Made by a program: the position numbers and the translations under genes. DNA of 64,000 nucleotides, from assembly GCA_965140415.1 (NCBI GenBank), contig OZ223209.1, forward strand, positions 128,001-192,000. The letters are read 5' to 3'. Shown here piece after piece: positions 36,463-45,884 of this stretch. Below the pieces are notes generated by a model. That model was not told where the DNA came from, did no database searches, and worked only from the letters and a program-made list of their open reading frames with translations. The stretch's first letter is position 1, and each line of letters starts with the position of its first letter. The DNA comes from Myxococcota bacterium (GTDB lineage Bacteria > Myxococcota_A > SURF-8).

Positions 36463-37230
36463 TTAAATGTAGTACCGATCTTTATCCACTTCGTCGCGCA
36501 GAATCCGCAGTTCGTCGTCGGTCGGTTCCTCGTTGACTCCCACCTGCTCCGGTACAATCAACTCGAACCCGGTGTTTTTCTTGACGTCTTCCACGGTTGC
36601 ACCCGGATTGAGCGCCAACAGCCGCATGCGCTTGCTGTCGGGATCGAAGTCCATGGTGCACAGGTTCGTCACCACGCGATAAGGGCCGGTGCCTTTGGGT
36701 AGACCCGCCGCTTCGCGAGCGCCAGGGCCGGTCAGGTAGCCGGGTGTGGTGAGGAAATCGACTTTTTCAACGAAAGAACGCGCCGACTGCCTCATTATGA
36801 CGATGGTGCGCCAGCAGGCCGAGCCGACGTCGTTGCCGCCGCCCGAACCGGGCAGGCGAACTTTGGGATGATCGTGTTCACCGATCACCGTGGTGTTCAG
36901 ATTTCCGTATGGATCGATCTGAGCGCCGCCTAAAAAGCCGTATTCGATAAAGCCGCGCTGCGCCGCTTCCATGATATCCAGAATGCCGGAGGCGTGTAAC
37001 CCCTTGTTATAGGTGCGCATATCGCCCACCGCCAGCGGCAGTTTTTCCAGAATCGCGCCGGTGCCGCCGAATTCAAAAACCGCCGTCAATGCCGGAGCAT
37101 GCATTTTCTGCGCTAACGAGGCCGCCAGCATCGGAACGCCGGTTCCGATAAAAGCCGTGGTTTTATCCGTTACCAGGCGGCTGGCCAAGCTGATCATCAA
37201 CTCCGTTCCGTTGTAACGAGCTTCCGCCAT
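36463..37230 (-). CDS. CoA transferase subunit B (glutaconate CoA-transferase GctB-like)
   Basis: IGTGVP, VFEFG, GFLGGAQID.YGNLN, RLPGSGGGND and VDFLTTPG motifs. Confidence 0.9.
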   Translation of the reverse strand: MAEARYNGTELMISLASRLVTDKTTAFIGTGVPMLAASLAQKMHAPALTAVFEFGGTGAILEKLPLAVGDMRTYNKGLHASGILDIMEAAQRGFIEYGFLGGAQIDPYGNLNTTVIGEHDHPKVRLPGSGGGNDVGSACWRTIVIMRQSARSFVEKVDFLTTPGYLTGPGAREAAGLPKGTGPYRVVTNLCTMDFDPDSKRMRLLALNPGATVEDVKKNTGFELIVPEQVGVNEEPTDDELRILRDEVDKDRYYI

Positions 37231-37232
37231 GG

Positions 37233-38213
37233 TCAACCCTCCTTGATCCGCAACGCTTCGAGCCGGTCGCGCCCGACAACATCCAGGTATTCCTCGTGAT
37301 TTTTCACGCTATAGATGTATTTGTCCAGATACTCCTTGACCTTCTGCTCGTCTTTGGATTCGGTGAAATACTGCTTGATATGTTCTTCGTCGCGTTCGTA
37401 CACGCCGTTCATTTCTCCCGGATGCGAACCGAAAGGCGCGTGCACCACGGCATCCACCAGATAATAGGGGATAATGGTGCGATCCGGCTGCTTGCGGATC
37501 TCTTCGGTGTCGATGATCTCCTCGGCGCTGATAATCAGGCGCTTACTGGCGCGTGCCATTTCGGCGGCGAAACCGGTGATGCCGTCGATCTGGCAGTTAC
37601 CGTATTTATCCGCGCGGTTGACGTGAATGACGCCGACATCCAATACCAGTGCGGGAACCAAGGCGATCGGTTCGCCGGTAAAGGGACATTCGATGACTTT
37701 GGCTGCCGAATATTTCAGCGTGTCAGTGCCCAGCATCGAGCGCACCGGCAGAAACGGAACGCCCATGGCGGCGGCTTTGAAACGCCAGGCCAAGCTGGCG
37801 TTGGACCATTCGACCACGTGTTCCACGTATCCGCTTTCCACCGTGCGGCGCAGGTTGCTGCTGACGCCGTAGACTTCCAGACCGATGTAGGTCCAGTCCA
37901 TTTCTTTAAAGACGTTGGCGGCGGCGAACAGGTCGGATTCGTAAACGCCTTGTGCGGCGGAACGCAACTTGCTGTAGCCGCGTCGGATCAACTCGCGCAC
38001 CAGCGACATTGGACAACGCACGGTGCCGTACAGCTCCACGCCGACATAGTCGCCTTCTTTTACGAAGCGGCTAACGGCGTCGCCTTCCAGCATGCGCTTG
38101 TCTACCAGCGCTTTTTCCTTGTTTCGATTGAAGGCGCGGAAGTCGTCCAGATTGAACGGCTGAATCAGCTTGCCTTCCCCTTCCTGCAATACTTTTACGC
38201 TGCGTTCGGCCAT
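37233..38213 (-). CDS. CoA transferase subunit A (GctA-like)
   Basis: RFKAAAMGVPFLP, GTD, CPFTG, HVNRADKYGN and AVVHAPFGSHP motifs. Confidence 0.9.
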   Translation of the reverse strand: MAERSVKVLQEGEGKLIQPFNLDDFRAFNRNKEKALVDKRMLEGDAVSRFVKEGDYVGVELYGTVRCPMSLVRELIRRGYSKLRSAAQGVYESDLFAAANVFKEMDWTYIGLEVYGVSSNLRRTVESGYVEHVVEWSNASLAWRFKAAAMGVPFLPVRSMLGTDTLKYSAAKVIECPFTGEPIALVPALVLDVGVIHVNRADKYGNCQIDGITGFAAEMARASKRLIISAEEIIDTEEIRKQPDRTIIPYYLVDAVVHAPFGSHPGEMNGVYERDEEHIKQYFTESKDEQKVKEYLDKYIYSVKNHEEYLDVVGRDRLEALRIKEG

Positions 38214-38251
38214 GTTTCGCCTTTCTAAAGAAAAGGACTTGAATGGATACG

Positions 38252-38278
38252 AAAAACCCGGCGGAAGATCCGCCGGGT
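38252..38278 (-). terminator. Intrinsic terminator after PFOR
   Basis: ACCCGGCGGA/TCCGCCGGGT stem plus a U-tract on the minus strand. Confidence 0.75.
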
Positions 38279-38286
38279 GATTAAGG

Positions 38287-41200
38287 TTACTTGCTATCGG
38301 GCCGCTGCCAGTTTTCGAAGGACATGCCCGCCAGACTCTTATAATAGTTGTAGCGGTTGGTCACAAAGCGTTCGGCCTCGGCAAAGAATTCCTCGGCGCG
38401 CTTCGGTTGTTCGTCCTTCAAGCGGGCGAAACGACGCTCGCCATTGAGGAAATCGGTCAGAGGAATCGTCGGTTCCTTGCTGTCCAGCTGCAAAGGATTC
38501 TTACCGGTTTTGAGCAGGCGCGGATCGTAGCGATACAGCAGCCAATAACCGGAATCCACCGCCAACTTGGAGTAATACGGTCCTTTGCTCATGTTGATGC
38601 CGTGCTCGATGCAGCTACTGAAGGCGATGATCAGGCTGACGCCCGGATACTCGATCGCCTCGCGCATGGCCTTGACGGTGTGATTCATGTTGGCGCCGAA
38701 GTTGATGCTGGCGACATACACGTTACGGTAGGTCATGGCCATCATGCCGAGATCTTTTTTGTTCGTCTCTTTGCCTGCCGCAGCGAACTTGGCCACTCCG
38801 CCCACGAAGGTCGCTTTGGAGCGTTGACCACCGGTGTTGGAGTAGACTTCGGTGTCCATAACCAGGATGTTAACGTTCTTGCCGCTGGCGAAAACGTGAT
38901 CCAGGCCGCCGTAACCGATGTCGTAAGCCCAGCCGTCACCACCGACGATAAAGACGGTGATTTCAGTCAGATACGAAGCCAGCTCGCCCAGTTCGGCCAG
39001 GGCCGATCCGGCAGGAGCCTTTTTGCACAGTTCACGCACCGTTTCGGCGGCGGCTTTGCTGCTCTTGTACACGGCGTCATCGGCCTGTTCGGCCAACGGA
39101 GCGATCTTGCCCAGCGCGTCTTTCACATCGGCGGGGGTGGACGCATCGCTAAGTGCCTGATTGCGCAGCATTTCAGCGCGCTCTTGCAGTTTTTCAACGG
39201 ATAGGCGCATACCCAGGCCATGCTCGGCGTTATCTTCGAACAACGAAGACGACCAAGCCGGACCGCGACCTTCCGGAGTTTTGCAGTACGGCACGGTGGG
39301 GGCGGTGCCGCCGTAGATGCTGGAACAACCGGTGGCGTTGCTGATCATCATGTGATCGCCAACCAACTGCGTGGCCAGCTTGATATACGGTGTTTCACCG
39401 CAGCCGGGGCAGGCGCCACTGAACTCGAAGAGCGGTGTAATAAACTGCGTGCCTTTAACGACGTTGCGGTTGATGAATTTCTCGTCGGTGTCGGGCAGGC
39501 GCTCGAATTCAGCCAGCGACTGACGGGATTGTTCCAGGATATCGTACTTGGGCGTCATGGTCAGCGCCTTGGCGCCGGTTTCCTTGTTTTTGCCCAGACA
39601 GGCTTGGACGCAGACGCCGCAACCGGTGCAATCGTCCGGGTAAACCTGCACGCGCACCACATCGTTTTCGGTGACGTCCTTGCCCTTCAAAGGAATCGTG
39701 GCGTACTGCTCGGCGGACAGTTTGATGTCGGCCTTATTGTGTACTTTCAAACGTATTGCCGCATGCGGGCAGACGAAAGCGCAGTATCCGCACTGGATAC
39801 ACAGTTCTGGATTCCAGTTGGGCACGTTGACCGCGATGGAGCGTTTTTCGTAGCGCGTGGTCGCAGTGGGGAAAGCGCCGTCATCGGGAATGGCGGACAC
39901 CGGGATGTTGTCGCCCTGCAAATGGACGATCGGATCGATGACCTGATCCAGAATGGGAGCGATATCGGCATCTTCGGGCAGAGCCTGCAACTTGGCGGCC
40001 AGGGGATGCGCCTCGCCGACGGTCTCCGGCACCGGAACTTCGAAGAAGGCTTCCAGGCCACGCTCAAAGGCGCTCAGGTTGATCTGTACGACCTTTTCGC
40101 CCTTTTTGCCGTAACTCTTGCGAACCGCTTTTTCCACCGCTACCTTGATGACGTCTTCCGGCAGAATCTGTGTGATTTTGAAGAATGCCGCCTGCATGGT
40201 GGTGTTGATGCGGCCCGGCATACCCAGATCGCTGACGACCTTGTTGGCGTCGATGGCGAACAGGCGCGCCTTGCGCTCGATCATGATTTTCTGCTCGCGC
40301 TCGGGGAAGGACTGGAAGACTTCTTCTTTTGGCAGGCTGGTGTTGATCAGCACCATGCCGCCCTGCCCCAGACCTTTAAGCAGTTCGTATTTCCCAAGGA
40401 ATTCACGATTGTGAATAGCCACGAAGTCGGGTTTGTCGATTTCGTAATGCGACAGAATCGGCGATTTGGAGAAGCGCAGGTGACTGATGGTCGTGCCGCC
40501 CGCTTTTTTGGAGTCGTACACGAAGTGACCCTGCACGTACATGTCGGAGTTGTCGCCGATGATTTTGATGGAGTTCTTGTTCGCGCCGACGGTGCCGTCC
40601 GAACCCAGACCCCAGAATTTCAGGCGATGCACGCCTGCCGCTTCGGAGTCCACCTGCTCGGTGACGGGAATCGACAGGTTGCTGACGTCGTCGGTGATGC
40701 CGACGGTGAAGCCATGCTTCCAGTCCGCCGGGGCGCTGCCTTCCAGATGTTGCACGACTGCGTTGACGTGCGCCGGAGTGAAGTCTTTGCTGGAAAGACC
40801 ATAGCGACCGCCCACAACGTGCGGAACGCTGGCGACGGTGCCGCGTCGGGTCGCTTCCGCATAGGCGGCCACGACATCCTGATACAGCGGTTCGCCGTTG
40901 CTACCCGGCTCCTTGGTGCGATCGAGAACCGCGATATTCTTAACGCTTTTCGGAATCTGCTTGATGAAGGTATCGAAGGCGAAGGGGCGATACAGGCGCA
41001 CTTTCAACACGCCCAGTTTCTTGCCGCGTTCGCGGTTCAGGTATTCAATCGCTTCTTGGGCGACTGCCGCGCCGCTACCCATGATCACTACCAGCGTTTC
41101 CGCTTCCGGATGGCCGATGTACTCGTAGGGCTTGTAATGACGACCGGTCAACTCGCCGAATTTGGCGTAGACGGCTTCCAGATGTCCCGGTATCGCAGCA

Positions 41201-41910
41201 TGATGCAGGTTGCGCGCTTCCGCTCCCTGGAACCAGATATCCGGGTTCATGGCGGTGCCCTTGAGCATCGGATGATCCGGGTTCATGGCGCGGGCGCGGA
41301 ATTTGTTCAGGGCGTCCATATCGACCAGGGCGCGCATGGTTTCATTCGAGAGCAACTCGACCTTGCTGATTTCATGCGAGGTGCGGAAGCCGTCGAAGAA
41401 ATGCACGAACGGCAGCGAGGAGTTGATCGAGGTCGCCATGGCGATGGCGGCCTGGTCCATGACTTCCTGCTGATTGGCGCTGGCGAGCATGGAAAAACCG
41501 GTCTGGCGGCAGGCCATGACATCGGAATGATCGCCGAAAATGGAGAGAGCGTGTGTGCTGAGCGTACGGGCCGTAACATTAAACACTGCCGGCAACAGTT
41601 CACCGGCGATTTTGTACATGCTCGGAATCATTAATAAGAGGCCCTGGCTGGCCGTAAAGGTCGTGGTCAGCGATCCGGCGGACATCGCGCCGTGAATGGC
41701 TGCCACCGCGCCGCCTTCGCTTTGCATTTCGTACACGGTCGGAACCATGCCGAAGATGTTTTCCCGGCCCTTGGCGGAGTATTCGTCCGCTGCTTCGGCC
41801 ATCGGGGAAGATGGGGTAATCGGGTAGATGGCGATCACTTCGCTCATGGCATGCGCACTGTGCGAAGCTGCCGCGTTTCCATCCATAGACATCCATTTTC
41901 CGTCGCTCAT
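38287..41910 (-). CDS. nifJ: Pyruvate:ferredoxin (flavodoxin) oxidoreductase, homodimeric
   Basis: IYPITPSS, MQSEGGA, FFDGFRTSHE, GLGSDGTVGANK, two CxxCxxCxxxC motifs, GACPGCGETPY and GGDGWAYDIG. Start at ATG 41910 after an AGGAG SD. Confidence 0.97.
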   Translation of the reverse strand: MSDGKWMSMDGNAAASHSAHAMSEVIAIYPITPSSPMAEAADEYSAKGRENIFGMVPTVYEMQSEGGAVAAIHGAMSAGSLTTTFTASQGLLLMIPSMYKIAGELLPAVFNVTARTLSTHALSIFGDHSDVMACRQTGFSMLASANQQEVMDQAAIAMATSINSSLPFVHFFDGFRTSHEISKVELLSNETMRALVDMDALNKFRARAMNPDHPMLKGTAMNPDIWFQGAEARNLHHAAIPGHLEAVYAKFGELTGRHYKPYEYIGHPEAETLVVIMGSGAAVAQEAIEYLNRERGKKLGVLKVRLYRPFAFDTFIKQIPKSVKNIAVLDRTKEPGSNGEPLYQDVVAAYAEATRRGTVASVPHVVGGRYGLSSKDFTPAHVNAVVQHLEGSAPADWKHGFTVGITDDVSNLSIPVTEQVDSEAAGVHRLKFWGLGSDGTVGANKNSIKIIGDNSDMYVQGHFVYDSKKAGGTTISHLRFSKSPILSHYEIDKPDFVAIHNREFLGKYELLKGLGQGGMVLINTSLPKEEVFQSFPEREQKIMIERKARLFAIDANKVVSDLGMPGRINTTMQAAFFKITQILPEDVIKVAVEKAVRKSYGKKGEKVVQINLSAFERGLEAFFEVPVPETVGEAHPLAAKLQALPEDADIAPILDQVIDPIVHLQGDNIPVSAIPDDGAFPTATTRYEKRSIAVNVPNWNPELCIQCGYCAFVCPHAAIRLKVHNKADIKLSAEQYATIPLKGKDVTENDVVRVQVYPDDCTGCGVCVQACLGKNKETGAKALTMTPKYDILEQSRQSLAEFERLPDTDEKFINRNVVKGTQFITPLFEFSGACPGCGETPYIKLATQLVGDHMMISNATGCSSIYGGTAPTVPYCKTPEGRGPAWSSSLFEDNAEHGLGMRLSVEKLQERAEMLRNQALSDASTPADVKDALGKIAPLAEQADDAVYKSSKAAAETVRELCKKAPAGSALAELGELASYLTEITVFIVGGDGWAYDIGYGGLDHVFASGKNVNILVMDTEVYSNTGGQRSKATFVGGVAKFAAAGKETNKKDLGMMAMTYRNVYVASINFGANMNHTVKAMREAIEYPGVSLIIAFSSCIEHGINMSKGPYYSKLAVDSGYWLLYRYDPRLLKTGKNPLQLDSKEPTIPLTDFLNGERRFARLKDEQPKRAEEFFAEAERFVTNRYNYYKSLAGMSFENWQRPDSK

Positions 41911-42609
41911 GACTTCTCCTACTTTGTTGTTTCGTATTGTGTCGGGAGGAAAGAGGCGAACATCTACGCGAACTGCACAACCAGCTACAACCACTTTCCT
42001 CTTGCCGCAATGAACCCCACGGGTGGGGTCTTTCTACACCCCCCGCATACACGCCCGTATTATAACGACCGAAGTTCAACTGTCCAGTGATTTTGCGCGA
42101 TTGGCGGGCAAAGAATTCCGCCGTAAATTCCGGTATCGACCGGTACAACCCCTTAAAAAGCTCCCATTATCGAGCAAGGATAGACAGGTAATCCTATAGG
42201 ATGAGTTTGAAAATGGCTAGAACTGCGCAGATCCCCAGGCTCAGCGCGATCAGGTCTCGATCTATTGTGGTTGCAATCTTATCCATTACGTTGCCCCTTG
42301 TTGTCTGTACCGGTGCCTCGATTGAACCCCTCGGCAAAAAATAACCTGCAATTCTCAAGCCGGATTCCGGTCTTTTTTCCATCTATTCGAAAGCAGGTCG
42401 CTTTTTTCCCGGCGCGCAAAATTTGCTGTATCATCAACCGCGACACTGATGTCCGATGCGCCAAGTTTGCCTGACAACCTGTCTTGTTAAGCTGACAGTC
42501 AATGCCTTTTTTCCATAATCCGTGCGGTTTTCGTACGCGTGGCTGAATTTCGGATGTAAGGATAATGGGCTGGTGTATATAATATACTGATATTACTAAG
42601 TATTGTTGT

Positions 42610-42625
42610 TGGCACGGCTCATGCT
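42610..42625 (+). promoter_or_regulatory. Putative sigma-54 (-24/-12) promoter upstream of radC
   Basis: TGGCACG-GCTC-ATGCT has canonical GG-N10-GC spacing and is preceded by an AT-rich tract. Confidence 0.6.
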
Positions 42626-42669
42626 CTACGTTTCATGTCACACAATGGTGTATCACGCAGGAGAAGAGC

Positions 42670-43494
42670 ATGACTCGCTACCGGCAATTACCGCATCCCA
42701 AGGAAATGAGAGAGAAGCTGCGCCAACAGGGCGTACAGAAAATGACGGACAGTGAACTCCTTGGTTTATTGATCGGGGATGGAAACAATGCCGCCAGGCA
42801 GCATGTTCTCGAACTTTCCGGTAGCTTGCTGCAAAGCTTTGGCAGCCTGGAACGGTTGCAGGATGCAAGCCTGTCGGAACTGATCGCTTTTTCCGGCTTG
42901 GGAACGGTCAAAGCCAGTCGCTTGAAAGCCGCGCTGGAGATCGGTCAGCGTAGCTTGGCAAAGCGAAACGAGCAGGCGCTTAGCCTCACTGGCCCGGACT
43001 GTATCCGGGAGATATACGGACCGCGCCTAAGCTCGTTGAAAAAAGAAGTGTTTCTGGCCGTGCTGATAGACAAGCACCTGCATTGGAGCCGCGATCTGCA
43101 TCTGGCGGAAGGTTCTCGTTTTGAATGTGTGCTGCATCCGCGAGATGTGTTTTCCGCGATTGTGCGCGAGTCCCCGGCGGGTGTCATTTTCGTTCACAAT
43201 CATCCTTCCGGTGATCCGGCGCCCTCCGAAAACGACCGACGCTTGACGCGCCGGTTGCAGAAGGCCGGGGAGTTATTGGGCATCTGGGTGATCGATCATG
43301 TGATTGTCGGCAATGGGGGATATTTCAGTTTCAGCGAATGCGGCGAAATGGGAAAGGGCGATTATGCAGCCCGCATTCGAAGGCGTGCCGTGCGGCATGT
43401 TGCGGAACCGGAACGCATCGCCGATTTCTTAAATGTTGAAGAACCGATCATTTCTCCGGATCTCTGCTGCATTCACGATTTCGACATTTTCTGA
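42670..43494 (+). CDS. radC: RadC (JAB/MPN domain) protein
   Basis: REKL...G...TDSELLGLLIG, HhH motif GLGTVKA, HPRDVF, HNHPSGD..PS..D and DHVIVG. Confidence 0.92.
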   Translation: MTRYRQLPHPKEMREKLRQQGVQKMTDSELLGLLIGDGNNAARQHVLELSGSLLQSFGSLERLQDASLSELIAFSGLGTVKASRLKAALEIGQRSLAKRNEQALSLTGPDCIREIYGPRLSSLKKEVFLAVLIDKHLHWSRDLHLAEGSRFECVLHPRDVFSAIVRESPAGVIFVHNHPSGDPAPSENDRRLTRRLQKAGELLGIWVIDHVIVGNGGYFSFSECGEMGKGDYAARIRRRAVRHVAEPERIADFLNVEEPIISPDLCCIHDFDIF

Positions 43495-43548
43495 GCGCGA
43501 AAAATCCAATCGTTGCCTTTTTATTGAAATCATGTTATTTTTCCGTTC

Positions 43549-45177
43549 ATGAAAGCGCAAATCCATTCGATAGTCATAGTTGTGGCGTTTTTGCTTTTGC
43601 TGTGCGCCTGTAATGCCGACGATGCCGCCAACGTGCTGCCCGACGGCGATCTCGATCTGGATTCAGAACCCGCCGCCGAGACGGATCTTACGCTCGACGC
43701 GCCGGAGACGGAGGAAGCGCCACCCGGCGACCCGGACATCGAGCCAGATCTGGAGGGGAAAGACGGCGACGCGGATCTGCCGGAGGCCGAGCCGGAAACA
43801 GAAACGCCGATCGATGGCGATCTGGATGCGCTGGAAAGCGACCCGGAAGAGGTGGACTCGATAGACGCAGAGGATGGTGACGCGGAAATCGAATGGGTGG
43901 AACTGGAGCTGGAGCCGGAAGAAGAGCAGGAACCGCCGCTACCCACCTGCGAATACGACAGCGACCCGCTGGAACTCGTGCGCATTCTCGACGAACCACG
44001 CTTCGGTTCGTACAACTTCCTTTACAATGGCGAGATCCGCCACCTCTGCCAGACCGACGGTTTCCTGATCGCCGGGCGCAAAGGCATGGAAGTTACGGTG
44101 CGCATTCGTCCCTACACCACGACCGAGCAGCTAATCGGGCGCTTGATGATCTACGATCAGGCCGCCGTGAGCCATCGCCGCGAACCGACCGTCTTGTTCG
44201 AGCAGCAGGCACCGTTGTGGCCGGAGGAAATCGAAACCCGTTTCACCCTGCCTTACAGCGGTGAATACCTGGTGCTGGTCAGCGGCAAGGACTACAGCTT
44301 TACCGGAAAATACGAACTGCTGATGCGCTGCGATGAAGGCTGCAACGAGCGCTTCACACGCTTCCCCATCGTGCTGTTGCACGGCATGGGCGGCTTCGAT
44401 GAAATGCTGGGATTGCTTAACTACTTCAACGGGGTGGAAGACGATCTGCTGGAACAGGGTTACGATGTCCACGTGACGGAAGTCGCCATGTTCAACGACA
44501 GCAACTATCGCGCCGAAGAACTGGAACGGCAGTTGGTCGAGATTCTGGACACCACCGCTGCGCGCAAACTGAACCTCGTTGCGCACAGCCAGGGCGGACT
44601 GGATGGGCGTCACTTCATCAGCGTGATGGGCCACGGCGACGACGTCTCCGTGCTGGCCATGGTATCCACACCCAATCGGGGCGTCATTATCGGCGACATG
44701 ATTCTGGGTACGGTGCAGGGCGTCAGCCGCGAAGTCATTACCGCCATATTCGATTTCTTCTCCGATCTGATCGACGCCAGCGACAGCGATATCGAGGGCG
44801 CATTAAGCCAGATCTCCGTAGAGGCGATGGCCAATGACTTCAACCCCAAACATCCAGACGATCCCCGCGTGCGTTACTGGTCCTGGGCCGGTCGCACTTG
44901 CGGCAGCCTGGACCGAGAGTGCCGCAGCCAGAACAATGATGAAGCCGTCAACCCGGTGCTGGCTCTGACCTACAATCTGATTCTGGACGGTCCCGATGGT
45001 GTGGGCAGCGGTCCAAACGACGGCATGGTGCCGCTTTCCAGCGCGATGTGGGGCGAATGGCAGGGCGAGTTGAGCGCCGATCACGCCGACGAAATCGGAC
45101 AGCTAAAAACCGGCGATTTCGACCACAAACAACTTTACCGCGACATCTGTAACAAACTGGTCGTCGAAGGCTATTGA
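43549..45177 (+). CDS. Lipoprotein lipase/esterase (alpha/beta hydrolase) with acidic linker
   Basis: Lipobox LLCAC, D/E-rich linker and PPC-like beta domain, then PIVLLHGMGG, AHSQGG, STPNRG, NDGMVP and DH motifs. Confidence 0.88.
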   Translation: MKAQIHSIVIVVAFLLLLCACNADDAANVLPDGDLDLDSEPAAETDLTLDAPETEEAPPGDPDIEPDLEGKDGDADLPEAEPETETPIDGDLDALESDPEEVDSIDAEDGDAEIEWVELELEPEEEQEPPLPTCEYDSDPLELVRILDEPRFGSYNFLYNGEIRHLCQTDGFLIAGRKGMEVTVRIRPYTTTEQLIGRLMIYDQAAVSHRREPTVLFEQQAPLWPEEIETRFTLPYSGEYLVLVSGKDYSFTGKYELLMRCDEGCNERFTRFPIVLLHGMGGFDEMLGLLNYFNGVEDDLLEQGYDVHVTEVAMFNDSNYRAEELERQLVEILDTTAARKLNLVAHSQGGLDGRHFISVMGHGDDVSVLAMVSTPNRGVIIGDMILGTVQGVSREVITAIFDFFSDLIDASDSDIEGALSQISVEAMANDFNPKHPDDPRVRYWSWAGRTCGSLDRECRSQNNDEAVNPVLALTYNLILDGPDGVGSGPNDGMVPLSSAMWGEWQGELSADHADEIGQLKTGDFDHKQLYRDICNKLVVEGY

Positions 45178-45241
45178 AAAGGAAATGTAGTTTTAGCATT
45201 TTATAACTAGGGCAGTACAACATCGAACCACTGGAGGCAAC

Positions 45242-45727
45242 ATGAAACGCCCGGCATTATGGCTTTTACTTCTGGTTTCTCTGACGCTGCCTTTCGAATG
45301 CGGAGACCTGGAAGAAACAGTCTGCGATGATGTCTTCGATGTTTGTCCTTCCTATTGGAATAACGATTTTACAACCTGTGAGGATCAGGTTTCCTCATTA
45401 GGTCAATGCATATTGCAATGCCTTGCCGAGGCCGGCTCCTGCGATGAAATTCGGCAATGCATTGAGGAACAGGATGACACCACCTGTGCGATGCCGGAGG
45501 ATGTGCAGCCATTACAAGGCGAGGGCGTCTGCTATTGGCAATATCAAACCGGGGATCAATGGGGTTTCGGCTGCCAGGCCGACATCGATGGTCGCAGCGC
45601 CTGCGAATCGCATGTCAACTCCCAGACCAACAACGGCGAGTGGCTGACCCAGTGGGATTTCATGCCTGAATGCAAAGATATCGGTTGTACGGGCAGCTGC
45701 GGTCCGGACTGGTGGTCCTTGTATTAA
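45242..45727 (+). CDS. Small Cys-rich exported hypothetical protein
   Basis: Signal peptide, 15 Cys in 161 aa, GGAGG SD. Confidence 0.65.
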   Translation: MKRPALWLLLLVSLTLPFECGDLEETVCDDVFDVCPSYWNNDFTTCEDQVSSLGQCILQCLAEAGSCDEIRQCIEEQDDTTCAMPEDVQPLQGEGVCYWQYQTGDQWGFGCQADIDGRSACESHVNSQTNNGEWLTQWDFMPECKDIGCTGSCGPDWWSLY

Positions 45728-45884
45728 GAGTCTACTTCACAGCTACAGTTTAAATATTCGAACCCATCCCGGGTGACGGCGAAGAATCGGGTTGATTCTT
45801 CGCCTGTGGCTCGGTTTGACGAACCACATCTCACCCAGTAGGGTGTGAACGGGTTGAAACCGCTACATTCTCAATCCATCCGAG

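Noticed and set aside
37819..37834. parS-like TGTTCCACGTAT inside the CoA transferase gene
   Set aside because: It is only a half-site and is explained by coding sequence.
39220..41634. 804-aa plus-strand ORF
   Set aside because: It is exactly antisense to PFOR, has no recognisable motifs, and is the expected shadow of biased high-GC codon usage.
45760..45870. Palindromes after the Cys-rich gene (GGCGAAGAATC..GATTCTTCGCC) as attC or IS ends around the methyltransferase
   Set aside because: No integrase, transposase, target duplication or second copy is in the window. A terminator or decayed REP is more likely.
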